The translations under genes and the position numbers were made by a program. From a virus (Duplodnaviria > Caudoviricetes): a stretch of 50,490 nucleotides of DNA. Shown here piece by piece: positions 18,732-28,518 of this stretch. The DNA lies in the IMG/VR virus record IMGVR_UViG_3300018067_000002, positions 1 through 50,490 of that record; one strand, 5' to 3'. The notes under the pieces are model-generated. The model was not told where the DNA came from. It saw nothing but the letters and a program-made list of their open reading frames with translations, and ran no database searches. Positions within the stretch are counted from its first letter, which is position 1, and every line of letters begins with the position of its first letter.

Positions 18732-19830
18732 TGCTTTTGACATGCGTCGTTACGCAGGCATGTTCGGTGGTGGTCCTCAACAGGACCCGCTGATGTCTGC
18801 CTATCGAAAGATCAACTTCAACGCTCCACGGCAACAAGAGCCTGTCGCTCCTGAGCCACCTGCTGCACAGGAAGATCCTTTCATGTCTGCAATCAATCGG
18901 TTGCAGAGTGGGCAAGCAGCAGGTGCTTATCGGAAGCATCTGACAGACATGCCTGATCCAAAGGCTTATGCACCGAGTAAGTGGCGTCGCCTTGGAGCGG
19001 CTCTGACTGCTGGAGCAGCGTCATTCGGAAAGACTCCACAGAACGCTATGGAGCTAGGTTCTGAGGTCAGAGATGCTCCGCTCAAGAGCGCGCTTAACGA
19101 ATGGCAGCTCAAAGGCGCGGGCCTGAAGGAACAGGCTGACATCGAGTCACAAGATGTCAAGGGCCAGATGGAGCAAATCAAGGCCATTCGTGAATACATG
19201 AAACAGCAGAACGACACCGAGATCGCAAAGGCTACTGCGGAATCGCAGATCCGTCTACGTGACGCTCAGATCGCCAACTTTGAATCTCAAGGTTGGACGC
19301 AAAGCGTGCGCCCCGATGGAAATCTCTGGATGGTCAAGCCCGGTCAGGAGCCTCAGAACATGGGGCCATCGATGGAAGGTCGCAAACAGGACTGGACAGA
19401 GAAGTATCAGGGCGGTCAACAGCAAGTTGCTGAGGGCAAACTCAAGGATGATCAGCGACGAACTGGCATCATGGGTCAGAACGCCAACACATATGCTGCG
19501 ACGGCTGGCAGGCAAGGTGGCGTCGTAGACGCGCAAGAGAACTTCCAAGCTGAAGCGTTCGCGACACAGCAAGTTCTCCGTGAGAAGCCAGAATATAAAG
19601 GCTGGGTTAATCCAAACGGAACGATCAAGGGACCAAACGACTACTGGTTTGGCGGTAGTATGCCCAATCCAGCAAACGACAAGGGATACGCTGACTTCCT
19701 CGCAAGGGTAGAATCTGCGAAACAGCGTGTTCTCGGAACACGTCGACCAGGCGCGCCCGGTGCCGTCATGACACCTGGTGGAGCAGTAACACCACAGGGA
19801 CCGATTCCCTTTAACTCGCTTCCTGACTAA
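18724..19830 (+). CDS. Putative internal virion protein
   Basis: Gln/Ala-rich helical 368-aa ORF in the ejection cluster. Confidence 0.5.
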   Translation: MPNAFDMRRYAGMFGGGPQQDPLMSAYRKINFNAPRQQEPVAPEPPAAQEDPFMSAINRLQSGQAAGAYRKHLTDMPDPKAYAPSKWRRLGAALTAGAASFGKTPQNAMELGSEVRDAPLKSALNEWQLKGAGLKEQADIESQDVKGQMEQIKAIREYMKQQNDTEIAKATAESQIRLRDAQIANFESQGWTQSVRPDGNLWMVKPGQEPQNMGPSMEGRKQDWTEKYQGGQQQVAEGKLKDDQRRTGIMGQNANTYAATAGRQGGVVDAQENFQAEAFATQQVLREKPEYKGWVNPNGTIKGPNDYWFGGSMPNPANDKGYADFLARVESAKQRVLGTRRPGAPGAVMTPGGAVTPQGPIPFNSLPD

Positions 19831-19832
19831 CC

Positions 19833-22502
19833 ATGTATCCTCCACGACGCACAGAAACAACTCCCCGTCGCACGATACAGATTGACATGGACGGAGAGAT
19901 CCTCGACATGGATTGGGATAAACCCACTCCTCCTACAAAAACAGATGTCCAGCAATGGATAAAGATGAAGAGGGATTATGTTAGACCTCCTGATCCGACG
20001 CCTACGCCTACACGTCAAGAACCTGCACCAACGTCGCTCTACGACAAGATCTCGTCGTTTGGTAGCGGGCTTGTCGACCCTCTCAGGGGAATGGCGCAGT
20101 CAGTTCTGGAGACAGGGAGGGAAGGCGCCAAAGACGTAATGGCAGGAAACTACCCGGCTGCGTTCGGTCGGGTAACTGCTCCTATCATGGATGCTTTCAC
20201 CAAGACAGGTGGGATGGTCCTTGGTAGGATGTCAGGTCAACAACCGACACCAGAGGAAGCTATCACACAAGGCGCGGAGATGGCTGGTATCCCTGCGCCA
20301 CAGATCAAAGAGGCATATGCCCAAGCAGACTATCCACGACTCGCGGGACAAGCCCTCGGAACACTCGGAACAATCTACGGAGCACACAAACTCGGAAAAG
20401 CTACCGATTTTACCAACACCTTCAAAGGAGCCGCCGAAGGGATGGGTTCCGATTTTTCTCCTGGTGCTCCTCCTGTTCCTAGTCCTGTCCGTCCTCCTGT
20501 GGGTCCTGTTCTTCCGAACATAAAGGAGCCACAACAGCAAGCGTTGCCTCTTGATACGCCTCCAGCACCCACGATGAGGTCACAGGTGATGCCAGAGGCT
20601 GAGCCTCAGCAGATGACGCTTGGTCTTGACTTAGCGAAGCAAGGACCTCCTGAGATCGCTAAGGCAGCTGCACAGACTGAACAAGCTGTGCGCCTGAAGG
20701 AATCGAAATGGAAGCGTGTCGGTCAAGACATAGGGACAGCTGTGTCGACGATCATAGAAAAGTCTGGTAAAACTGGACCTGCTCTATCCCGTATGTTGAC
20801 GAAGACACGTCTTGATGCTGATGCGATGGCAGGCAAGTGGACTGTTGCTGCGAAAGAAGCGACGGCAGGTCTGTCTGCAGACCAGATACAGGACTACGTC
20901 ATCGCGCGCGACACTGGAGTCATTCCGAACGACCCAGCTGTCATCCGTGCGCTTGAGCTACGCAAGGTGCTAGACGACGAAGTCGTCGGAACAATGAAAG
21001 GCTCAGGCGCAGGCTTCAGAACAGGAGAAGGCAAGACTGAGTTCCAGGAGAGAACAAACTACTGGCCTCACATCTATCCTCCAGAGTTCTTCAAGAATGC
21101 ACAGTCTGCTATGGACGCTCTTATAGCAGATGGCATGACTGCGGAGGAGGCGCAAGTTGCTCTCAAGAATGCGTCACGATTCGGAGAACGTATCATTAGC
21201 CCTCTACATGAGAGGCAGTCGAATGCTCCGGGTTACAGAACAGACCTGCAAGCAGACTACCTGCATCTCAACGACATGGCAAAACGTGCCACAGAAGCCA
21301 AAGACTTTGGACCGATGGATATCGCAGACCCGAGCAGTCCGATCTCCCAGCTAGTGTCGGGCACGCACGATCCAGCACGTATCAGTGAGCTAGTCTCTCA
21401 GCATTTGGGACGAGACGTTCCAGCAGCTACGACGAGAGATTGGGGTGGTGTATCACGAGGCATCATGAAGGCTGAGACTATTATGCATCTTTCTCAATTT
21501 GCGATTTCCAACATGAGTCAGTTGGCGACAGTTCCGCTCCGGAGTAACATCGGTGCCTACGCGAAAGCTCTCAAGAGCACAATCGGAAACTTTAAGAAAA
21601 CTGTCGGCGAGGCTGAGGGAACTGGAGCGCTTCAGACGATTCATCAAGACATCCTCAGGGAAGTCGGTGGTGAGTCGAATGTATCGAAAGTTTTTGGGAT
21701 GAAGAAGTCGGAGACGTTCAACAGAACTGTCGCAGCTGCGGCTGGAAAGGGCACGGCAGAAGCGCTCTTCAAACAACTCAAAAAGAATCCCAACGATGCA
21801 AAAGCGCGCGCACGTTTGGACAATCTATTGCTCGAAGACGTCAATGCTGTACTACAGCAAGAAGCTCTGACACCAGAGCAAACAGCTAGAGCCGGTGGTC
21901 GAATGGCTGAGATTACACAAGGGCGCGCTCAGTCTGTGGACTTGCCACCCATGTGGTCGAAGCATCCTGCTATGGATCTCATTATGTTGTATAAAAAGTA
22001 TGCGTTCCGACAGTCGAAGATCATCAAGGACGCTATCATGGAGAATCCTACGAGGAACATTCCTCTAGCGATTGCTCTCTACACCGCGATGGGAGAAGTC
22101 GTTGGTGACGCAAAGGCAGGGATCAAAGGTCTTGTTTCTGGACAGGGTCCTGGAGAAGCTATCGGAGCGCGCGGTGAGAATCTCAATAGAGTGGTAGCCA
22201 ATCTCGGTCAAGCATGGGCGCTTGGTCTTGTAGCTGACGCCATAGGTGCAGCGACAAGTGGCGAGGAGATGTCAGCGTTGCAGTTCCTAGGTGGACCTGT
22301 GATCGGTGACATTACTGAGACACTTGCTGGGGCTGGACAAGCTGTGCGTGGCAATCCGAATCCTTTGCTCAAAAAAGGAGCCAAGTCAGTTCCCATTATA
22401 GGATCTGGCTTGGCTCAGCGATTCGGTCAGAAGACAAATAAACGACGGGCGATGCCTACGTTACCGGCTCCTCCGAGGTTGCCGACAATTCCACGTCCTT
22501 GA
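19833..22502 (+). CDS. Large internal virion/ejection protein
   Basis: 889 aa, helical, last gene of the structural arm. Confidence 0.55.
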   Translation: MYPPRRTETTPRRTIQIDMDGEILDMDWDKPTPPTKTDVQQWIKMKRDYVRPPDPTPTPTRQEPAPTSLYDKISSFGSGLVDPLRGMAQSVLETGREGAKDVMAGNYPAAFGRVTAPIMDAFTKTGGMVLGRMSGQQPTPEEAITQGAEMAGIPAPQIKEAYAQADYPRLAGQALGTLGTIYGAHKLGKATDFTNTFKGAAEGMGSDFSPGAPPVPSPVRPPVGPVLPNIKEPQQQALPLDTPPAPTMRSQVMPEAEPQQMTLGLDLAKQGPPEIAKAAAQTEQAVRLKESKWKRVGQDIGTAVSTIIEKSGKTGPALSRMLTKTRLDADAMAGKWTVAAKEATAGLSADQIQDYVIARDTGVIPNDPAVIRALELRKVLDDEVVGTMKGSGAGFRTGEGKTEFQERTNYWPHIYPPEFFKNAQSAMDALIADGMTAEEAQVALKNASRFGERIISPLHERQSNAPGYRTDLQADYLHLNDMAKRATEAKDFGPMDIADPSSPISQLVSGTHDPARISELVSQHLGRDVPAATTRDWGGVSRGIMKAETIMHLSQFAISNMSQLATVPLRSNIGAYAKALKSTIGNFKKTVGEAEGTGALQTIHQDILREVGGESNVSKVFGMKKSETFNRTVAAAAGKGTAEALFKQLKKNPNDAKARARLDNLLLEDVNAVLQQEALTPEQTARAGGRMAEITQGRAQSVDLPPMWSKHPAMDLIMLYKKYAFRQSKIIKDAIMENPTRNIPLAIALYTAMGEVVGDAKAGIKGLVSGQGPGEAIGARGENLNRVVANLGQAWALGLVADAIGAATSGEEMSALQFLGGPVIGDITETLAGAGQAVRGNPNPLLKKGAKSVPIIGSGLAQRFGQKTNKRRAMPTLPAPPRLPTIPRP

Positions 22503-22656
22503 TCGCGTCCTCGAACCACAGTTGCGCAGTCTCGACGTGCGTGATCGCTATCGAAAGACCACGCCCGTCGACCTCACCATTCGTGTTGCGCGTCTTGTGC
22601 AGCAGGGTGATGAGGGTTTCAAATCTTACGCTGATGCTGTTTATGTCTTCGTTCAT
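22456..22656 (-). CDS. Small helical-hairpin protein resembling Acb2/Tad1 sponge domains
   Basis: ATG 22656 overlaps the helicase stop (ATGA); GRGLSIAITHVETAQLW resembles the R-x-x-S-x-A-x-T-x-x-E-x-A-x-x-W signature. Confidence 0.5.
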   Translation of the reverse strand: MNEDINSISVRFETLITLLHKTRNTNGEVDGRGLSIAITHVETAQLWFEDAIKDVELSATSEEPVT

Positions 22657-23846
22657 GACTTTTTGTCCCTTCGCTTCCACTCTTCTAACTGTTTCAGATA
22701 CCCAGGTGTCAGCTTATAGTATATGTTACCTCCTCTTGTTTGTGCTGTTACTGCATTTGCTTCTGTTAGTGTTTCAATTACTCGATTCAAGACGAACGAA
22801 TCGACGTCTCCGAAAAGTTTCTGAAGCACCTTCTGTCTTGTCAGTTCATGATCGGGTGCCTTGATCAAAACCTGCAAGACCATAGCCTGATGTTCGGCTA
22901 CCTCTGACTTCCCGCCTGCACCTTGTAGAATCTTCTCAACATGCGTGATTAGATTTGTGCAAGCAGCAATAGCAACGTCCATGTCTACTGCCTGTAACTC
23001 GAGCGTTGCATCGCGCGCAAGCGCGCAACACATCGCGACCTTTTCTACGTGGTTGTGAATACGCTGGACAGTTCCGGTCTTATCCTGCGTATCTCGTGCT
23101 CGTAAGTCGTAATACCAATCACTGTAGACAACTTTAGCTCCTTTTGAGTAAGAGAATTGTCCTTTGATTTTGGAGATCTCAACCAAATGCTCAGCAGCAT
23201 TGAGCGGATCAAAAAGTTTCTCTGGCTTCTCAGTAAGCGGATTAACGAATCCACGAGTATCCTCGTAGACCATCAACGTCCTACCTAAGAAGCCTCCTTC
23301 GATATCCTTAGCATGAACGACCTCTCTGAAATGCGCGGGACTTGATGCGCCGAGCATCGTGAGACAGACGTTTTTTAGCGTATCAATTCCCGTGCCTTTC
23401 ATTGTGTTCTTCCATGTTGCATTGTAGTGTGTATCATACAACTCTGTCAACACGGATAGACTGTGTGGATCTTGAATCACAAAATTGACGAACTCGCCAG
23501 ATACTAGAAATCCTCTGGAATCTGGAATTGCTGGATGTCCATTTCTTGTTGTGATCGTTCCCAGTTCTTTTAGAACTGCTTGAATCGAGTTTCTCCCAGA
23601 GATCACTCGTGTAGTATCAACAATGGTGACTAGTTCCTTAGCCAACCACACAGGCCAACCCTTGCCAAGACCAGACTTACCAAGCAACATCACAAACAAG
23701 TTGGGACTGAGCTTGTAGTAGTATTTGTCTAAGTAGGTGTTACTACCTGCGACAGCCGCTATTGCTGATACTGCGCTCCACCAGATCCATTGCTTCGGTG
23801 ACTCCACCTCGGCGGAAGCTGTCATGATATCGTCGAGCCAGCTCAC
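22653..23846 (-). CDS. P-loop ATPase/replicative helicase (DUF3987-like) with C-terminal winged helix
   Basis: PNLFVMLLGKSGLGKG Walker A; GGFLGR arginine-finger-like motif; adjacent to the polymerase. Confidence 0.7.
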   Translation of the reverse strand: MSWLDDIMTASAEVESPKQWIWWSAVSAIAAVAGSNTYLDKYYYKLSPNLFVMLLGKSGLGKGWPVWLAKELVTIVDTTRVISGRNSIQAVLKELGTITTRNGHPAIPDSRGFLVSGEFVNFVIQDPHSLSVLTELYDTHYNATWKNTMKGTGIDTLKNVCLTMLGASSPAHFREVVHAKDIEGGFLGRTLMVYEDTRGFVNPLTEKPEKLFDPLNAAEHLVEISKIKGQFSYSKGAKVVYSDWYYDLRARDTQDKTGTVQRIHNHVEKVAMCCALARDATLELQAVDMDVAIAACTNLITHVEKILQGAGGKSEVAEHQAMVLQVLIKAPDHELTRQKVLQKLFGDVDSFVLNRVIETLTEANAVTAQTRGGNIYYKLTPGYLKQLEEWKRRDKKS

Positions 23847-23859
23847 TGTTACCTCATAG

Positions 23860-26295
23860 TTATGCCGCCCTCTTGATTGTGTAATCTTCTAGGTCCTTGT
23901 AATTGGGTCCGACCTTTGCTTCAGCCGGGATAACAATACTTCCTCGTGGGAGTGTGCAATTTGAGAAGTCAATGGGACGCTCGAAAGCTGGGATAGCGAT
24001 AGACAGATACTCGTCGACCTCTGTCTCCCGCACTAGTGCAACTAGTGCATCGTGCGCCTCTACGCAGATGCCTGTTGTAACTTTGTAATCGTCACCCCAA
24101 ATCCGAACATCACCCGCAGTTGTGTCACGGATTTCCAACAGGGCACGTTTAGTGTTATCTGTAATCGTCGACTGAGGAATCTGAGAGAAAGCCTCCTTTT
24201 CGAGTTCGTGGTCAAGACGTCCAAAGAACTGTCTTCGTCGTCCGAAAGGATTAATGAGAACACGCTCATTGTCTCGTATGGCTTGCAAGACTTCAAGATG
24301 GAAAACCTGACGTATCTTCGGAGAAAATGCGTGGAACGCGTCCAGTATTTGGCCTGCGCGCCACTCGGAAATCTGGATGTCAATGTGAAACTTCTTGGCG
24401 TCCGTATTGACGATCTGCATGAGGCGTTTCTTGCCCATTCCGTAATTTCCTGCATGACGTGTCGTCTTTCCCACAAACCGTAGCTCTTTGGTCACCCTGT
24501 CAACCGAGACATTGAAAATCATTGAAGCTGTCAGCTTGTGAACATCGGTCGTGTTGAACAGTTCCAATAGTTCGTAATCTGTCCCCAACAACGCAACGCA
24601 ACGGGCCTCGGCCTGCGACGAGTCGATCTCAACAAATACGTAGCCATCATCTGCGACGAACTGACTTCTTAAATCTGCACCCGTATCTCCATGCTTTGTC
24701 ATCGTTTGAAAAGCAAGGCCGACCTTACTAGGTCTTATGGGTGCTTTAAGGATCGAAGTTGACGTTCGACCCGTTTCCGCTCCGACAATTCTATACTGGG
24801 TTCGCATCCGACCATCGTAGTCGGGCTTGGCCTCGAGATAAGTTCCGATCGTTTTCCTTATTCTTCTCGTAAGGAGAATATCAGTGAGTATTTGTTTCTG
24901 ATCTTCTGTCTTGCAGTGGTTCCCTTGTAGCGCAACCAGTGTATCCTCAGACGAGTCTTTCCGAACCGGAAGACCCATGTCGTGGTATAGCAGGTGATTG
25001 ACTTGTTTGGGGCTGTTCGTGTTGATCGGATGACCAACGGCATCATTTAGCCTCGTCTGGCATTCTTCGAGTTGCGCGCGATACTTCTTACGGAGCGACT
25101 TGTTAATCGTAGTATCAACACGCATCCCAACAGACTCCATATCTCGATAGGCAATATGGAAGCGATTGACAAAATTGTAGTAGAAATCTCTGAGACCATA
25201 GACGTCAAGTTCTTTGTCCTCTTCTTCCCAGACCTCATAGGTGATAGCAGAGTCCTTCGCGTTGTAAAGGTATAGTCTATCGTAGCTGTCTTTCTTCGGA
25301 TTGAACTCACGGCCTTCTACCTTGTAGTATGGTTCCTCTGTCCAAATAGATGCAAGGAACCCGAGGTTCATGGGAAACTCTGGGTAGAGAGTGTGAGCCA
25401 TCAACATCGTGTCTGCATAGACGTTTGCAGGACGGAAGTTGCATGGCGATCTTAGCTTCTGATCGTCGAACTTGAAGTTCTGGCCGACTAATTTGTATTC
25501 AGGATTGTTGAGAATCTTCCCAACCATTTCCCACATCTGGACTAGCTCATGGTAAGGTATCCAGATTGGACTCGTATGGTCAACGAGGTTAATGAGTGGA
25601 ATCGAGATCGCGTGGAAGCGTGTGAATGCGAACGAGATGCATGAAGGAATGCACTTAGCTGTCTCGATGTCAGAGGCAACAATACGTTTGTCTGCATACA
25701 TCCGAAAGAAGCGAAAGACGTCAAGAGAATTCCTTGCTACATTCAGTGTCCTTGCAGGCACGCGGTATTCAGGGAACTCCGACTGTCGTGCAGCTTTCTT
25801 GAAGTCTAGCACGACGTAAGCGCGCGCTGAGTAATCAGCTACTTCACCACCTTGCTGTCTTAGTAGATGAGCAGGATGATAAGTAACAGCAACTTTGTGC
25901 TTATGGTTCGAGGATCTAAGAACGGAGCCACGGTATTGTTTAACTCCTGTTTTGTCAGTTAACGCCTGCAACGCAGTGTTGCCGAGTGCAAGTATGCAGT
26001 TCGGCTTCAAGACGTCCATCTCGTCCAGCAAGTCAGAAGTTGACTGAGCGAGAGACACGTCTATTTCGTTGAGCCGCTTGAGATCGTTGTCTGGAGGACG
26101 AAACTTAACTACGTTCGTCAAGTAACAGTCGTTCCGGTTGATGCCAGCTTCGCGTAACAGGGAGTCGAGCATCTCTCCAGACGCGCCAACGAAGGGGCGC
26201 CCAGCTATGTCCTCATCATAGCCGGGTGCCTCTCCCACGATAGCGAGCTTCGCTCCGATTGGTCCGATGCCTGGGACTTCTTTAGGTTTGTCCAT
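23860..26295 (-). CDS. polA: Family A DNA polymerase with N-terminal family-4 uracil-DNA glycosylase-like domain and 3'-5' exonuclease
   Basis: UDG: GEAPG, YLTNVVKFRPP, LGNTA, TYHPA. Exo: SDIET, GQNFKFD, YNAKD. Pol: TGRTS, DSSQAEAR (A), KTTRHAGNYG (B), AHDAL (C). Confidence 0.93.
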   Translation of the reverse strand: MDKPKEVPGIGPIGAKLAIVGEAPGYDEDIAGRPFVGASGEMLDSLLREAGINRNDCYLTNVVKFRPPDNDLKRLNEIDVSLAQSTSDLLDEMDVLKPNCILALGNTALQALTDKTGVKQYRGSVLRSSNHKHKVAVTYHPAHLLRQQGGEVADYSARAYVVLDFKKAARQSEFPEYRVPARTLNVARNSLDVFRFFRMYADKRIVASDIETAKCIPSCISFAFTRFHAISIPLINLVDHTSPIWIPYHELVQMWEMVGKILNNPEYKLVGQNFKFDDQKLRSPCNFRPANVYADTMLMAHTLYPEFPMNLGFLASIWTEEPYYKVEGREFNPKKDSYDRLYLYNAKDSAITYEVWEEEDKELDVYGLRDFYYNFVNRFHIAYRDMESVGMRVDTTINKSLRKKYRAQLEECQTRLNDAVGHPINTNSPKQVNHLLYHDMGLPVRKDSSEDTLVALQGNHCKTEDQKQILTDILLTRRIRKTIGTYLEAKPDYDGRMRTQYRIVGAETGRTSTSILKAPIRPSKVGLAFQTMTKHGDTGADLRSQFVADDGYVFVEIDSSQAEARCVALLGTDYELLELFNTTDVHKLTASMIFNVSVDRVTKELRFVGKTTRHAGNYGMGKKRLMQIVNTDAKKFHIDIQISEWRAGQILDAFHAFSPKIRQVFHLEVLQAIRDNERVLINPFGRRRQFFGRLDHELEKEAFSQIPQSTITDNTKRALLEIRDTTAGDVRIWGDDYKVTTGICVEAHDALVALVRETEVDEYLSIAIPAFERPIDFSNCTLPRGSIVIPAEAKVGPNYKDLEDYTIKRAA

Positions 26296-26653
26296 CGTTC
26301 AACGGTGTGTTGAGAATTTCGACTTCTTTTGAGTTCCCTTTGCGCCTGTCGCGACGCATCGAGATCCAGAGAATCATCAGAACGCAGAGATCCTTTTCGG
26401 TATCCTCGACGCTCTCGTTCTTCGCTTGCTTGCCACTGTTCTCGAGGTTCGCCAATCGGTATAGCTTCTCGCCCATCCGACCAACGAAACCTGAGTCGGC
26501 AGAATCGTCGAACAGCTTCGACATCATGCCAGCAAACTTGTAGTTCCCGTAGGGATCGTCGTCCGATGCGTAGTCGAATGACTTGATGTTGTGCAGTTGT
26601 CCTGCTTCCTTCAACAAGTCGTAAAAGGTCTTGGAACCGTATCTATCACCCAT
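26282..26653 (-). CDS. Nucleotide-modification-associated domain 1 (DUF1599-like) protein
   Basis: KSFDYA..D.YGNY...RMGEKLYRLANL...NESVEDT.KDL pattern. Confidence 0.65.
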   Translation of the reverse strand: MGDRYGSKTFYDLLKEAGQLHNIKSFDYASDDDPYGNYKFAGMMSKLFDDSADSGFVGRMGEKLYRLANLENSGKQAKNESVEDTEKDLCVLMILWISMRRDRRKGNSKEVEILNTPLNDGQT

Positions 26654-26891
26654 TAACTTCCTCTTCTTCTTTTTCATCGTTCGACCACATCACCAGATTC
26701 CGAATGTATACGAAACTAAGGACCGCACTAAGTGGAAGTAAGCCCCACAACTGAGAGTGTAACATCAGGCTGAACCAAAAGACCTGATTGATGATGCCGA
26801 CTGTCCAAGCATGTGGTGACTTGTTACCTGCCAGCCACATGCTCGTCACAGTCAGACAGGAGATGAACCACGGTAGAATCTGCCAGAACAT
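26646..26891 (-). CDS. Small 3-TM membrane protein (PnuC/SemiSWEET-half-like)
   Basis: WLAGNKSPHAWTVGIINQVFW...LWGL...YIRNLVMW; TGATG coupling. Confidence 0.5.
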   Translation of the reverse strand: MFWQILPWFISCLTVTSMWLAGNKSPHAWTVGIINQVFWFSLMLHSQLWGLLPLSAVLSFVYIRNLVMWSNDEKEEEEVNG

Positions 26892-27157
26892 CAGATATGA
26901 CCCCAAGACTTTCTTCTGCCCTTATCCCAGCAGTCTCGAATGTTTTGTCGTCTCGTGCCTTCCCACAGATGTTCAGGTTCGACACAATTCTTTGTATCAC
27001 AATGGTGACAACAATCGTGTTTGGGTTTAATAGGCCGTCCAAGTTTTTGTTCTAACACAACTCGTGTCAGGCGCACAGTTTTACCGTTGCGCGTTACTAA
27101 TGGATAGCCATTGTTTAGACTTTTCCAAACAAGTTTACAAGGCTTTGTAAGAATCAT
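26891..27157 (-). CDS. HNH endonuclease
   Basis: NGYP...CHHCDTKNCVEPEHLWEGTRRQNIRD. Confidence 0.85.
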   Translation of the reverse strand: MILTKPCKLVWKSLNNGYPLVTRNGKTVRLTRVVLEQKLGRPIKPKHDCCHHCDTKNCVEPEHLWEGTRRQNIRDCWDKGRRKSWGHI

Positions 27158-28431
27158 TATTCCTCTCTTATGCCGAGTCTTTTGCATCCTTTCGAGTAGC
27201 TATCCTGATCTCGATCAATACCAATGAAGGGACGTTTCATCTCCTTTGCTGCATTGGGGACAACGAATGATCCTGCGAATGGATCAATAATAGCATTACC
27301 CTCGAAAGAACACTCCTCAAGGAGCTTCTTTACAAGAGCAATAGGCTTTTCATTTGGGTGGATTAGTTTGACAGGAGGAACTGCGTCAAAATCGAAGAAC
27401 GAGGTATCCTGCACCGACCCTTTTAGTACAGGATTTCCTTTAACAGCAAGAAGAATAAACTCGAAATCACGCCCGTGTTCCCAAGCAGTAACACCTCGAC
27501 GGGACAGCGATTTGAGTTTTCTCCAGAAGAGTGGAGTTTTTGCAACGCGGAATCCAATCTTTTCCAACTCTCCAGATACTTTTCTGACTTCGCTGGGGTG
27601 ATCAGGGTCCGGCTCCGTGCGCCCAGCGTAATAGTGGTAGTCGTCCATCCCGGCGAACATGTAGAGGAATGAATCGTAACGCATGACCCGATACAGCTCC
27701 CTAAAAACGGGCAGGGTCCTCTCATCGAGTCGCAGACTGTCATCAAAGAATCTAAGCCACGGTGGGTCTGTAATACAAACATGGAAAGTCTCATTAGGGA
27801 AATGCTTGAGAGCAACTGCGCTGTCTGCACAGAACAGTTGATTCATCTTGAGACCGTTGAAATCCGACGCGCCTGCCAGTTCCTCATCGTCCATCCGTTT
27901 TACGGTGATGTTGACGAGGCGTAGTGCTGTGCGCTTGTCTTTGACTTTCGACAGCGACGGGTCCTGTTTAACAGCGCGCGCAAGCTGTAGGTCTTGTGAC
28001 GTCTTTCCAACGGCTTGCTGTAGCAGTGCGGCTGTGTCCTTGACAGACCAGCCAGTCTTGACGCGTCCGCCGCCTTGTTCTGGTGGCTTGCCGTGTAGCT
28101 TCTGTTGGAGGAGGTGCATTCGCTCGGTGAGTTGAACGGACTCGAACCAAGGCAAGTCAAATCTCTTGAGGTTCTCGTGGAGAACGATCTCCTCTTGTTC
28201 GTCGTCTGTCAGTCCTTCGTAGACTAAACACTCGACTTCTGTCCAGCCGAGGAGTAATGCTGCTCGTAGACGTTTACGACCCGTGATCAAGGCATACTGG
28301 CCGTTCACTCGGTGAACTGCTACGGGATGCAGTTGTCCTTGGTCGTTGAACGACTGAGCAATGCTCTGGATCTCGGCATCATCTAGGATCTCTGGTTGCT
28401 TGCGCGTGATATCAGTGATCGGAAGTCGCAT
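27157..28431 (-). CDS. ParB/Srx N-terminal domain fused to an N6-A/N4-C DNA methyltransferase (beta class)
   Basis: GQLHPV...LITGRKRLRA...ENLKR; ITDPPW, HPNEKP, IIDPFAGS. Confidence 0.85.
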   Translation of the reverse strand: MRLPITDITRKQPEILDDAEIQSIAQSFNDQGQLHPVAVHRVNGQYALITGRKRLRAALLLGWTEVECLVYEGLTDDEQEEIVLHENLKRFDLPWFESVQLTERMHLLQQKLHGKPPEQGGGRVKTGWSVKDTAALLQQAVGKTSQDLQLARAVKQDPSLSKVKDKRTALRLVNITVKRMDDEELAGASDFNGLKMNQLFCADSAVALKHFPNETFHVCITDPPWLRFFDDSLRLDERTLPVFRELYRVMRYDSFLYMFAGMDDYHYYAGRTEPDPDHPSEVRKVSGELEKIGFRVAKTPLFWRKLKSLSRRGVTAWEHGRDFEFILLAVKGNPVLKGSVQDTSFFDFDAVPPVKLIHPNEKPIALVKKLLEECSFEGNAIIDPFAGSFVVPNAAKEMKRPFIGIDRDQDSYSKGCKRLGIREE

Positions 28432-28442
28432 TTTGTTCTCCG

Positions 28443-28515
28443 AAAAAGTAGCTCAGGGCGTCGTTCCGGGGGTAGAGGGGTCGAGTCTCTATTGTAAGAA
28501 CTAGCCCTGAGCCAC
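28443..28515 (-). terminator. Long compound hairpin with U5 tail
   Basis: Minus strand gtggctcagggc...gccctgagctac-ttttt, with internal gttc/gaac and tagag/ctcta pairs. Confidence 0.55.
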
Positions 28516-28518
28516 ACC

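Noticed and set aside
28448-28515. tRNA (gtagctcag start)
   Set aside because: No T-loop GTTCRA or cloverleaf; it folds as one long hairpin.
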